Assembly: GCF_009914755.1 (NCBI RefSeq)
Contig: NC_060937.1
Reading direction: 5' to 3' (one strand)
Length of the DNA stretch: 64,000 bases
Source of the DNA: the human T2T-CHM13v2.0 reference genome, Homo sapiens
Below are positions 1-12,660 of the stretch, in pieces. The notes beneath the pieces are model-generated. The model was given only the letters and a program-made list of their open reading frames with translations. It was not told where the DNA came from and did no database searches. The translations under genes were made by a program, and so were the position numbers. Numbering within the stretch: position 1 is the stretch's first letter; each line of letters starts with the position of its first letter.

Positions 1-201
1 AGGACATCAGTCCATATGGCACAGCCCTTATGAATGGGATCGGTGCCTTTGTAAAAGACACACCAGAAAGCTACCTTGTCCCTTCCACTATGTGGGAATA
101 CAGGGACAAGGTGCCATCTATGAACCACAAAGCAGGCACTGAATTTGCTGTACCTTGATCTTGGACTTCCCAGCCTCCAGAATTGTGAGAATGGACTAAG
201 A
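1..201 (+). mobile_element. MaLR LTR (MLT1A/MSTD-like), 3' part
   Basis: CCTTGATCTTGGACTTCCCAGCCTCCAGAA and terminal ATGGACTAAGA, typical of MLT1/MST LTRs. Confidence 0.8.
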
Positions 202-227
202 TGAGGGAAACAATTCCATTTGTAACA

Positions 228-330
228 GGCTACAATGACACAGTTGAGTAGTTGAAGCAGAAACTGTAAGGTTCTCAAAGCCTAAAACATTTACTATCTG
301 GCTCTCCACCAAAGAAATTTGCCAATGATG
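228..330 (+). mobile_element. MER58-like hAT MITE fragment
   Basis: GAGTAGTTG...CAAAGCCTAAAACATTTACTATCTGG; a similar fragment lies at 56350-56490. Confidence 0.65.
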
Positions 331-891
331 TCCAAAAGTGAGAGAAGACTTGCCCCCAGGGCAAAGGAACTAAAAGATTTGGTGACAGAGTGTTTGTGAC
401 AAGAAAACAAATTTCCCCAGTGCATTTCCACCCAAGTTTTAGGCTCATGTTATTCCTTAGCAAGCAGGATGTCAAATGACTGTAGCAAGGAGGATAGATA
501 TGGAAGAAGAAAATCCAACATACAGAAAATTGGCTTTCCTGAAGAAGCAATCAACAATCAGAACACAAAGGTAATTCAGTCAGTAATGGAACTTTTGTGA
601 AATAAACAACCACTTTATTTGTTGTTTGATGGCTCCCACTGTCCTCCAGAAAATCTAATACAAGCAATGCCAAGTTTCAGTGGCATCACTGATATTCCTC
701 TCTAAAGGATGAATCATACAGGCATCCAGAAGAAAGTCCTCAAAGCCAGAAAAGAACTTTCGTTTACAAAGATTTGGGGGAAATAGAATTGGAATTAAAA
801 ACTGTCTGCCCATTTAAGTTATTCTATAAGCCTGAAAACAACAGATAGACGATATTAGGAGTGCAAGAATTCAGGAAACATCCAATACACC

Positions 892-1241
892 TGTCTTAGT
901 CCATTCGGGCTGCTATACTAAACTACCATAGACTGGGTGGCTCATAAACAAACTTCTTTCTCACAGTCCGGGAGGCTGGAAAGTCCAGGATCAAGGTGCC
1001 AGCAGAATTGGTGTCTGCTGAGTGCCCATTTCCCGGTTTATCTTTTTGCTATGTTCCAACAAGGCAGAAGGGGCAGGGATCTTTTTGGGGCCTCTTTTAC
1101 AAGAGTATTGATCCCATCATAAGGGTTTCATTCTCATGACTTAATCACCTCCTAAAGCCCCCACCTCCTAATACCATCATATTGGGGGTTAGATTTCAAC
1201 ATATGAATTTTGAGGGTAACATAAGCATTTGGTATATAGCA
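892..1241 (-). mobile_element. MLT1A-type solo LTR
   Basis: Begins TGTCTTAGTCCATTCGGGCTGCTATA and ends ATAGCA; internal CCCCACCTCCTAATACCATCA. Confidence 0.85.
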
Positions 1242-1592
1242 GTAACTCCTTAAAAATACAAAGATTTTGATAACAAAAACTGCTAAAGGGAAGATAGAAA
1301 ATGAAAACTTAACTAAGACATGGAGAAGCCATGATACAAGAACAGGTGGTGAGCATCAAACTCATTTAAATATAGAATCACAGCATTTCCATCATCTTAC
1401 ATGGTTATAGTTTCTGTAATTATCCTTCACACCATTACTTAGGTTTTTATTCTGACAATGCCAAAGTAATTATATAAAAACAAAACTCAAAAAGTGCAAA
1501 GAAGGGGACGTTGGAGAAGGTGTTAATGTGCTCATTTCCTTATCTTTTATAAGAGGAAGTTAAAAGTTATCACTTAAAGTTGAAATATATAG

Positions 1593-1741
1593 GTTTTTTT
1601 GTTTGTTTGTTTTTTGTTGTTTTTTTTTTTTTGAGACGGAGTCTTGTTCTGTCGCCCAGGCTGGAGTGCAGTGGCGCAATCTTGGCTCACTGCAAGCTCT
1701 GCCTCCCGGGTTCACGCCATTCTCCTGCTTCAGCCTCCCGC
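1593..1741 (-). mobile_element. 5'-truncated AluY (part of right arm)
   Basis: Poly-T tail; AluY-type GCAAGCTC..CCTCCCGGGTTCACGCC; TSD GAAATATATAG (1582) / GAAATATGTAG (1742). Confidence 0.9.
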
Positions 1742-2157
1742 GAAATATGTAGTTTATAAAAGCATAACAAACTCAACTGCTTAGTGTTTTTCATGTTTTC
1801 AGCAAGGAATCTTTTATAATCTGGTTTCTCCTGGGTAGAGAAACTTTTAAGTTTAGCAATTCTTTTAGTCTCACTAGGTGCTTCTTCTTATCTCCAAATA
1901 AAAATAAAATATAATACATTATGATGATGATAACATGTAGATTCATCAAGGCTGCTGCTAACACAGACAGGGTCTTTATGTAAATTAGAATCCAGCAATT
2001 CCTGTTGGGAAACAAATTATATATTCTCTCTCTCTCTTTCTTGGTAGATGGATTACAAAAGGGCATCTTCTTGCTACTGACAAATGTGTCCGGATTTCAG
2101 ACCCCGTTCTTCCTCTGGGCGCTTCTGAGTGAGGAACAATCTGCACAACATGTTTAC

Positions 2158-2384
2158 TTTTTTTTTTTTTTTTTTTTTTGGAGATGGAGTCTCACTCTGT
2201 TGCCCAGGCTGGAGTGCAGTGGTGCAATCTGGGCTTACTGCAACCTCTGCCTCCCAGGTTCAAGTAATTCTCCTGCCTCAGTCTCCTAAGTAGCTGGGAT
2301 TACAGGCACACACCACAAGCATGATCTACCCACCTTGGCCTCCCAAAGTGCTGGGATTACAGGCGTGGGCACCTGTGCCCGGCC
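2158..2384 (-). mobile_element. AluS with internal deletion
   Basis: Right arm joins the left arm at about 2318; the A-rich linker and adjacent left-arm sequence are missing. Confidence 0.9.
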
Positions 2385-2419
2385 TATTATTATTATTTTA
2401 ATCTTGCTGTCTTTTCTCA

Positions 2420-3005
2420 TTTTTTACAGCCTATTGAGGTACAAATGATGTAAGATAAATTGCATAGATATAGTGTACAATTTGATAAGTTATGATGTAC
2501 TATATCCATGAAACTACCACCATAATCAAGGTAATAAACATCTCTTCCCTCCAAAAGTTTCCTCATGCCCCTTTTCCACCTCTCCCATTCTTTCTTTCCC
2601 TCCCACCTCCAGCACCCAAGTGACTAAGCATGTGCCTTCTCTCGCTATAGATCAGTTTGCATTCTTTAAAATTTTGTATAAATAAAATAATACAGCATTT
2701 ATTCTGTTTTTCCTGGCTTCTTTCATTTAGCATAATGCATTTGACATTCATTCATATTACTGCATGTATAATTAGTTTGTTCTTCTTTATTATTGAGTAG
2801 TGTTCTATTATTTAGAGATAGCACAATCTGTCTACTCATTTGTCTGCTGATGGACACTTAGGTTGTTTCTAGGTTTTTGCTATTACAAAAAAGCTTCTAT
2901 GAACATTTCTGTACAATTCTTTGTCTAGATATTTTCTTCTTTTTCTCATGGAAGTGGGAAGGTGAAATCGTATGATAGGTGTGTTTACTTTTTAAGAACT
3001 GCCAA
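2420..3005 (-). mobile_element. Ancient L1M 3' end
   Basis: ATTGAGGTA..., CTGATGGACACTTAGGTTGTTTC, GCTTCTATGAACATT motifs of the L1M 3' region. Confidence 0.8.
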
Positions 3006-3049
3006 GCTGTGCAGATTCGTGCTTCCATATTGTGCTATGTTCCTTTTGC

Positions 3050-3515
3050 CTAAAGGACTTCCTTTAACATTTATTGTAGAACAAGTCTTCTGGTGCTAAA
3101 TTTTTTATTATTTTGTATGTGTAAACCAGTCATTATTTCATGTTTATTTGAAATATATTTTTTCTGGATATAGAATTCTAGCTTGACACTTTCTTTTTCA
3201 GGACATAGACTTATTGCTCCAATAGCTTGCATTGTTTCCAAAGAAAAATGTGATGCCATTCTAACCTTTGTTCCTCTGTATGTAATATGTCTGTTTTCCT
3301 CTGGCTGAACTAAGATGATCTCTTTATTATTAGTGTTAAGTAATTCCTTTATAATGTGCTTCTTAGTGTAGTTTTCAAATTTCTTACACTCGGAGTTCAC
3401 TGAGCTTTCCAGTTCTGTGGGTTTTTTCAACCAATTTGTAAAATTTAGGCCATTATGTCTTCAACTATTTTTTTCTGTTTTCCCCTTTCTTTATTCCTTT
3501 GAGGATTCTAATTAT
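3050..3515 (-). mobile_element. Ancient L1M ORF1-region fragment
   Basis: ORF 3071-3430 reads KHIIKELL..KEIIL..ITYRGTKVRMASHFSLETMQA, resembling degraded L1 ORF1p. Confidence 0.75.
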
Positions 3516-3547
3516 GGGATGAAGGTCAATGGTAAAAAGAAAGATTG

Positions 3548-3921
<374 letters not shown>

Positions 3922-4214
3922 TTAAATATTGACAATGTTTCCCGCTTATTTTTAAAAATAACTGACAACTCATTTCTTGAATAGAGAAATTCTTCTCCCA
4001 AATTAAAAAATAAAAGTCATTAATATGCTACATTTTTTTTCTAGATTTCTAAAGCATCATGTAGAATCAACTCAAAAAAAACAAAAAAAAAGGTGACCAA
4101 AATGAACAACATCTTTCTTGCACTCAACTAAAATTGCCAGTTCTTATATTTTAAAGCTATATTATCATTTTTGAAATTGGCAACTTTAAGCCTGCTCAAA
4201 GATATAAATGTGTG

Positions 4215-4605
4215 TGCTATTCATACAATGAGATACTACTCTGTAATAAAAAGAAATGAATTATTGATATAAGCAACAACATACATGAATCTCAAAATAA
4301 TTAGGCCAAGTGAAATAAACAAGACAAAAAGAGCACATACTGTTTAATTCCATATTTGTAAAATTCTAGAAAATGCAAACTAGTGTTCCGTGACAGAAAG
4401 GTGGTCTGTGGTTGCCTGGGGATGACAGTTGTGAGGAAGGAGAGATCACCAAGGGGTGTGAGGAAACTGTTGCTGTGTTGGACATGGCCATTATCTTAGC
4501 TATGTGATGGTGTCCTGGGTGCTGGCATGTGTTAAAACTTATCAAATTGTACACTTTAAATATGTGCAGTTTATTGTATGTTAATTATACCTCAGCAAAG
4601 TTGAT
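4215..4605 (+). mobile_element. Ancient L1M 3' end
   Basis: CATACAATGAGATACTACTC...ATGAATCTCAAAA...TTAATTATACCTCA. Confidence 0.8.
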
Positions 4606-4689
4606 GTAAAAATTCATTTTACGTTAAACACAATAAAGCCTGTGACATGTCTCTCTTGTAAAATCATAAATGGGAGAAAATTAGGATAT

Positions 4690-4830
4690 GCTGAGCACCT
4701 TCTCTGTCCTAAACAATGCTAAGTGCTTGTGCTAAGTTTTGTCATCTAATCCTCATACCAGCCACATAAAGTAGGTATTATTAGCACTCCATTTAACAAA
4801 GGAGGAAACCTAGACTCAGAGAGATAAGGG
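4690..4830 (-). mobile_element. MIR fragment
   Basis: TAATCCTCA...GTAGGTATTATT...GAGGAAAC core. Confidence 0.7.
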
Positions 4831-5735
4831 TTCCTCAGTGGGGACTCAGGTTTGTATTAGGTCTTATTTCAGATTTGTGCCTTTTCCATAGTAGCAGAGG
4901 CTTCTCTTGAGGTATTTTTGCCTGCTAGGAATCCTAAGTATTATTTATACTTGTTAGTTTGTGACAATATTCTTGCTTATTATGGTTTTTTGCTTAAAAA
5001 TAGGTTACAGTTTAGGCTTTTTATCTTGTAGTGATTTTTTACAGGGGATTAAAGATAGAGATGAAATATATGAATTTGTAATACTGGTTTTTCTTTGTTT
5101 CTGATTGTCATGATCTGCATATTTATGCAAAATTTAAAACTGGGAATAGACACACTTTTTAGAATGGCAAGTAGAACCAAAAAAAAATCTATCCTCTGAA
5201 GAACATAACTTGCCCATACAGTCTTAAAAGTCCAGAATAGTTTAGTTAGCAGCAATCTCCACATAGTTCATTTTGCCACAAAATGGAACTATATGATTTT
5301 CTCTCTAATTTTTAAATTATAAACATGCAACCACAATGAAGAAGAAACAACTTTGAACTTGTCTTCTCTCCATATTAACACTTTCCAGCCTCTCTCCCAC
5401 CTCTCTCTCACAAACCCTGCACTCCGCCCCATCTGTTCTATTCTATCAACCATTTCTCTCTACATATATTCGTTTATTCTGCCATTTGCCTCTGAACTTG
5501 CACTTACGTTACTCTGTCTTCCTGGGAATGAAGTCCACCTTTAAAGTGTCAACATTCTTTAAAGATTTGTTTGAATCCTCCCACTGCCATTGTGTCTTTC
5601 TTGTTCATCCCGACCAAAAACAAACAGCTCACTTTCCCCAGTCTTTGAAATATTTACTTTCTGTACCATTCACTTACCCTTTACAGATCATATACCACAT
5701 TATTAGTCTGCATGCTGCTTTTACTCTTTAATATT

Positions 5736-6292
5736 TGTGTTAGTCAGGGTTCTCTAGAGGGACAGAACTAATAGGAAATGTGTATATATGCAGGGGAGTT
5801 TGTTAAGGAGTATTGACTCACACGATCACAAGGTCAAGCCCCATGATAGGCCGTCTGCAAGCTGAAGGGCAAGGAAGCCAGTCCAAGTCCCAAAACCTCA
5901 AAAGTAGGAAAGCCAACAGCACAGCCTTCAGTCTGTGGCTGAAAGCCTGAAAGCCCCTGGTAAACCACTGGTAAAAGTCCAAGAGTCCAAAAGCTGAAGG
6001 GCTTGGAGTCTGACGTTCAAGGGCAGGAAGCGTCCAGCATGGGAGAAAGATGAAGGCGGGAAGACTCAGGAAGTCAGCTCCTTCCACCTTCTTCTGCCTG
6101 CCTTATCCTAGTCATGCTGGCAGCTGATTGGATGGTGCCCACCCAGATTGAGGGTGGGTCCACCTCTCCTAGTCCACTGACTCAAATGTTAATCTCCTTT
6201 GGCAACACCCTCACGGACACACCCAGGAACAATACTTAGCATCATTCAGTCCAATCAAGTTGACACCCGATCACTCAATATCAACCGCCACA
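5736..6292 (-). mobile_element. MLT2A (HERV-L) solo LTR, probably MLT2A2
   Basis: TGTGTTAGTCAGGGTTCTCTAGAGGGACAGAAC ... CAACCGCCACA; 5-bp TSD ATATT (5731, 6293). Confidence 0.92.
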
Positions 6293-6435
6293 ATATTTTA
6301 AATTGTTGGAAGGTTAGAGTCCCATGATATACCTCTGTATCTCTCAAAATGCCTAGTTGAGTGCTTTCCATTTAAATGGTCAATACATATTTGGTGTCTA
6401 ACTGAATAAGTAAATAGTTTGCAAATCTCTGGAAG

Positions 6436-6921
6436 TGATGCAGGGTAGGCAAGCCTCCGAATTGGTGCTTAGCTTGGGAAGGTTCTTGATTTTGCCCAGG
6501 AAAGAATTCAAGGGTGAGCCTGTGGTGTTAGACAGCAACTTTTATTGAAGTGCCAGAGCACAGCAACAACAGGGATACTGGTCTTTGTGGAGCAGGGCTA
6601 CTCCATAGACAGTGTGCCCAGAGGAACAGCTCAGAGGCAGTTCTGCAGTCAGATTTATACCCACTTGTAATTATACACAAATTAAGGAAGAGATTATGCA
6701 GAAATTTCTAGAAAAAGGTGATAACTTCCAGGTTGCCCAGTTGTTACCATGGAAAGGGTCCATAACCTCCAGGTGCTGCCATGGTAATGGAAACTGACAT
6801 TGCGCACTGGTGGATGTATATTTTGGAAACTTGCTTCTGCCCTGTCCCTACTTTAGCTAGTTCTCAATTTGGTCCAGTGTCCAAGACCTGCCTCCAGAGT
6901 CGAGTCCTGCCTCCTACCTCA
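6436..6921 (-). mobile_element. ERV1 solo LTR (MER66-like)
   Basis: Minus strand starts TGAGGTAGGAGGCAGGACTCGACTC; TG..CA ends; 4-bp TSD GAAG. Confidence 0.8.
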
Positions 6922-7073
6922 GAAGTGCCAAGAAATGTTAGAGAAAGCAGAGACCAGCTATATAGAACTCACTAGGGTAACATAGTTGGAGGTCTGGAGT
7001 GTGCTAACCCCACTTCATGTAAGCTGGTGGGAACTAGTGCTTTATCCTTTTTGGGTGTCAAAATATATGCATA

Positions 7074-7430
<357 letters not shown>

Positions 7431-7431
7431 A

Positions 7432-7665
7432 TAGCATTAAAACATTAGAAGATCAATGGTGACTGAACTATATATTCATCAACTAGTGTGAAGTCTGGGA
7501 TTTTTACTTCAAAGTAAGCCAGTAGGGGGCTGAGAGAGAATATTGATGAAACAAAACTAGTCATGTGTTGATATTTATTGAAATGGGAGATGGATAAAGG
7601 GTATTTTATTATACTAGTCTCTATGATTTGGTCTTTATTTGAATGTTCCAATAATATTTTTAAAA
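7432..7665 (+). mobile_element. Ancient L1M 3'-end fragment
   Basis: GGGATTT..TTCAAA...GATGAAACAA...TTTGAATGTTCCAATAATA; distantly similar to 25480-25675. Confidence 0.55.
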
Positions 7666-7927
7666 GATTTTTCATTAAAGCATTAAGATATGTACAATGA
7701 AGAACAAAATATTCTCACTTATACAAGTCAATTATTGTAACACATATGTTGCTCCAAAACCTTATTTGATAAGAGATGACACAAAGGTCCATGTTTGAAA
7801 GGAATCTGTTTCCATGCTTCATTGCCCTTTAAAGCCACCATTGAAAGAGTGGAGCCCTGCACTGATCCTATGCTACTATTGCATAATAATACTGAGCATT
7901 TCTTTATTTGTTTAAAAAATGTATTGA

Positions 7928-8228
<301 letters not shown>

Positions 8229-8460
8229 CTAGATACCACATGAGGAGGTGTAGTGCCTGCCTGCAAGACACTGCCAGTCCGGCAGGAAAGTCAAACTACA
8301 AGTGCCATTAAAACCTTAGGTTTTTCCCATCTCCATAAAAGCACAACCTCAAGCCAAAATTTGGGAAGCATCCTTGATTCTTTCCTTCAGTTCATATAGC
8401 CAATGTATTATCAAGTCCTGTCAACTGCTTCCCCTAAAATCTCCCGCTTTCTTCTTCTAG

Positions 8461-8848
<388 letters not shown>

Positions 8849-9126
8849 GGTCTTTTCTTCCGCTTTTGTATTTCTATCATTCATCTTCAAAATACATCAG
8901 ATAATGTTCCTCCCCATTGCCTAAAAGTCTCTGATAGGTTCCCATGGCATTCAGGATGGGACTTACAGGATCTTTCCTCTGTGATCCGAACTCATATCAC
9001 TCTCCTCATTTGCTCCACTACAGACTGACTGGCTTACCTAGAAAAATGACATGCACTACGCTAAGAGGCATTCCAGACTGGCTAGGAAAAAACATCTGCC
9101 AATTACACTATATGTTACATATTGTC

Positions 9127-9241
9127 TTTCTAAGGAAATATACCAGTCCATGTAAGGATAATGTCTACTACAGTAACGAGATACATGCACTGGTATATTT
9201 CCTTAGAAATATGCTATCTCATTAATGTAGTAGACATTATC
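9127..9241. repeat. Interleaved inverted repeats A-B-A'-B'
   Basis: 9127-9154 is the reverse complement of 9182-9209 (27/28); 9157-9183 is the reverse complement of 9215-9241 (25/27). Confidence 0.92.
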
Positions 9242-9338
9242 AAAAAAGTGAAAATTATATATACCTATATATATGAATAAATATAATAATATGATGTGAT
9301 GGGACTCTAACCTTCCAATCACTTATTGTATGATTCCA

Positions 9339-9621
9339 GAGTCCCCACTGAGGAACTCTTATCTCTCCGAGCCTAGGTTTTCTCATTTGTTAAATGCAGT
9401 TCTAATAATGCCTACTTCATGTGGCTGGTATGAGGATTAGTTGACAAAACTTACCACAAGCACTTAGCATTGTTTAGGACAGAGCAGTCTTAAACAGTGC
9501 TCAGTATATCCTAATTTTCTCTCATTTATGATTTACAAGAGATACATATTACAGGTTTTATTTTTTAATGTAAAATGAATGTTTTAAATCAACTTTGCTG
9601 AGGTATAATTAACATACAATA
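9339..9621 (-). repeat. Inverted duplication of 4572-4847
   Basis: About 90% identity by manual alignment, spanning L1M end, spacer and MIR. Confidence 0.93.
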
Positions 9622-9672
9622 TGCTATGACGGGACTCTAACTCTCCAGTAATTTAAAATATTAGAGTAAAAC

Positions 9673-9887
9673 TTGAAACATTCAAATACAGACAAAACTT
9701 TAGAGACTAGTGTAATAAAATACCCTGCATCCCTCTCCTATTTCAATAAATATCAACATATGACTAGTTTAGTTTCAATATTCTCTCTCAGCCCCCTACT
9801 GGCTTATTTTGAGGTAAATCCCAGACTTCACACTATTTGATGGACGTATAGTTCAGTAACCATTGACCTTCCAATATTTTAATGCTA
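9673..9887 (-). repeat. Inverted duplication of 7432-7651
   Basis: For example CTCTCTCAGCCCCCTACTGGCTTA is the reverse complement of TAAGCCAGTAGGGGGCTGAGAGAG; colinear over about 215 bp. Confidence 0.92.
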
Positions 9888-10342
9888 AGCTCCTAGACAG
9901 TAATTAGAAAGTATTTCAGACTTACATCCTCAATATTACACCCATGAAATGAATGTGCTTACTATTTATTTGTATTTCATTGTATCTTACTGAACTTTAA
10001 TGTATTTGTATACTAACATCCATAAAAGTTTAAAGATTGAAGTTAAAAAAACAGTAAATATAGACTAAACCCCAACAAAACAAGGAAACTAACTTAGAAA
10101 AATACCATAACTTTATGTTATTAGTTGCTATTTATAAATTGCTTTCCAAGCACAAAAAGCAACATGAATACAAAGTACTTTAAGAGTCAGAATAGGGCTT
10201 CTGTGAAATCAAAAGTCTTTAAAGCCCCAAAGAAATTTAAGATAATCCCAATTCAGAAGGGAAACACATACTTGGCATTCTTCCTGACCAGTGGTCTACA
10301 TAATATCAAATAAAAATCAATATTTTATCAAGGATATAACTT

Positions 10343-10886
10343 GTGTGTGGAAGGCAATTTTTTCACTGACTGGGACCACAGTGGGGGTTGAGGGGGTGGG
10401 GATGATTTGGGGAGGATTCAAAAACATTACATTTATTGTTAACTTTATTTCTATTATTATTACATCCTAATAATAGGATGTAATCCATCTCTCTCATTGT
10501 AATATATAATAAAATAATTATACAGCTCACCATAATGTAGAACCAATGGGAGACCTGAGTTTGTTTCCCTGCAACTAGATGGTCCCGTCTGGGGGTGACG
10601 GGAGACAGTGACAGGTCATCAGGCATTAGATTCTCATAAGGAGGGCACAACCTAGAAACCCTTGCATGCACAATTCAGAGTAGGGTTTGCACTCCTATGA
10701 GAATCTAATGCTGCAGCTGATCTGACAGGAGGCAGAGCTCAGGTAGTAATACAAGAGATGGGGAGTGGCTGTAAATACAGATGAAGCTTTGCTCACTTGC
10801 CCACCATTCACTTCCTGCTGTGTGACGCAGTTCCTAACAGGCCATGGACTGGTATTTGTCCATGGTCCAGGGGTTGGGGACCTCTG
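10343..10886 (+). mobile_element. MER1A (hAT-Charlie)
   Basis: GCATTAGATTCTCATAAGGAG...CTCCTATGAGAATCTAATGC internal inverted repeat; terminal GGTTGGGGACCTCTG. Confidence 0.9.
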
Positions 10887-11708
10887 GTCTAAGCACAGCA
10901 GTAAGTCTCTTTTCAGAGCGAAATGAGGACACTTACTAAATCTTTTCCAGGTTGCCTGTCTTTGGGTTGCATATTTAGGATAAGGGCATAATAATAATGG
11001 CGTGGTGACCAGTTGGAAATGAGTCCATAGGATGAGAGAGCTACCATGCGCCAGGCACTTAGACACATTACCTGTACTACCTATCTTAACCTTCACAACA
11101 ATTTCATGATGTCATTATTATCTCCACTTTATAGATGGTATATATATTTGATATTATGTCTCATCCCCAGGTTTGCTTTAAGGACATTTGTTTGAATTGC
11201 TGTTCAAGGGAAAGAACAGAAGAAAGAACAGAAGATTGCTGTCTTCTTTAGGTCCAGTCACATTTTGGGAAATTCTTATAAGTAATCACAGTTTTGTTAC
11301 TTAAGCAAACCTCATGGCAAAGGTGCCAGGAATAAGGCAAGATAAAATTGATGCATCATCTTTTAGCAATTGCATTTAGTCACAGGATATAACCATTAGT
11401 TCTATGTGAATGGCTCCCAAAAAGGCTACTACCATCCTGAACTTCCCAGGACCCCGGTTCTAATCCTACCTTTCCAAATGCCCAGAAGCCTCTCCCAAGG
11501 AGATATTCTTGTGGACATCTAATTCAATATTCTAAATCGGAATTTATAAATTTTTCTTTCCATTCTACTTATCCTCATGCATACCTGATTATGATTAAAG
11601 AAATTGGTATCTCTACAGGCCCCTGATGTGAAACATTTTATCTTTAGCTTTTACCTTTTACTGCTCCCTTCATCCAATTAATCTATTGACAATCCTTGTA
11701 ATAGCAAC

Positions 11709-12132
11709 TACTATGGCTTGAATGTGTCCCCCAAGGTTCATGTGTCAGTCAGAAACTCTACCTCAAATGTGGAAGTGTTGAGAGGTGAGGCTTCATGGAA
11801 GGTGTTTGGGCCATGGGGACATTTCTCTCATGGGTGGATGAATGCCATTATCATGGTAGTGTGTTTGTTATCATAGGAGTGGCTTCCTTATAAAAGGACA
11901 AGTTCAGCCATCTTTGCCCACCCCCTCCCCCACTCTCTCTCTCATCCTCTCTTTGCTCTTCCACCTTCTGCCATGGGATGGCAAAGCAAGAAGACTCTCA
12001 CCAGATGCTAATGTCTTGATCTTGCCCAGATCAAGTTTCCAGTGTCCAGAATTTTGAGAAATAAATTTCTATTCATTATAAGTTACCCAGTTCCATGTAT
12101 TCTTTTCTAGAAGCACAGCATGGACTAAGACA
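11709..12132 (+). mobile_element. MST (MSTC/B2-like) solo LTR
   Basis: CTATGGCTTGAATGTGTCCCCCAA ... TGGACTAAGACA; TSD GCAAC/GTAAC. Confidence 0.85.
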
Positions 12133-12439
12133 GTAACCTTCTGTTCTTTCTTCTCCATATGAGTATTTCTCACCAACAGAGTGAGAGCAGAAAGTGACAT
12201 GGCAACTTCCTTGCTAAGGCCTTCTCTGCCTTCTCCTTCATGTTCCACTGGCTAGATCCATGGGACAACAGGGCCCTAGATGAAGGTAGCACCATTAGAA
12301 AAAAGGAACTTACCTTCCTGAATATTGCACAAAAGTGAGCCACTACTAACTAACAACATATACCTCAAACTATTGTAGTTGTGTTATTGTATATTTGGGG
12401 GACCTACTTGTTGCCACAGCTAGCCTACCATAATATACA

Positions 12440-12660
12440 TGCTTACTATGCATCAAGCACTGGACTAAGCACTTTATATAAATTCTCTCATTTTCCCCTA
12501 AGAATAAGACTATAAGGAAGATATTATTACTATTCCTCTTTCACACAAAACAAAACTGGATTCTGCATAGTTCAGGAAACTTATGCAATGTCACAAGTAA
12601 GTTTCAGAAGCAGCATCCAACCCAGGATTACCTGATTCCAATGTCCCATTCTTAACTCAC
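12440..12660 (-). mobile_element. MIR
   Basis: GCTTACTATG..AGCACTG..CTAAGCACTTTA; ends TCTTAAC. Confidence 0.6.

Noticed and set aside
9969-10002. Possible fourth inverted copy, of 7673-7709
   Set aside because: Needs two gaps in about 35 AT-rich bases; not distinguishable from chance by eye
10624-10711. 20-bp inverted repeat
   Set aside because: Intrinsic to the MER1 consensus
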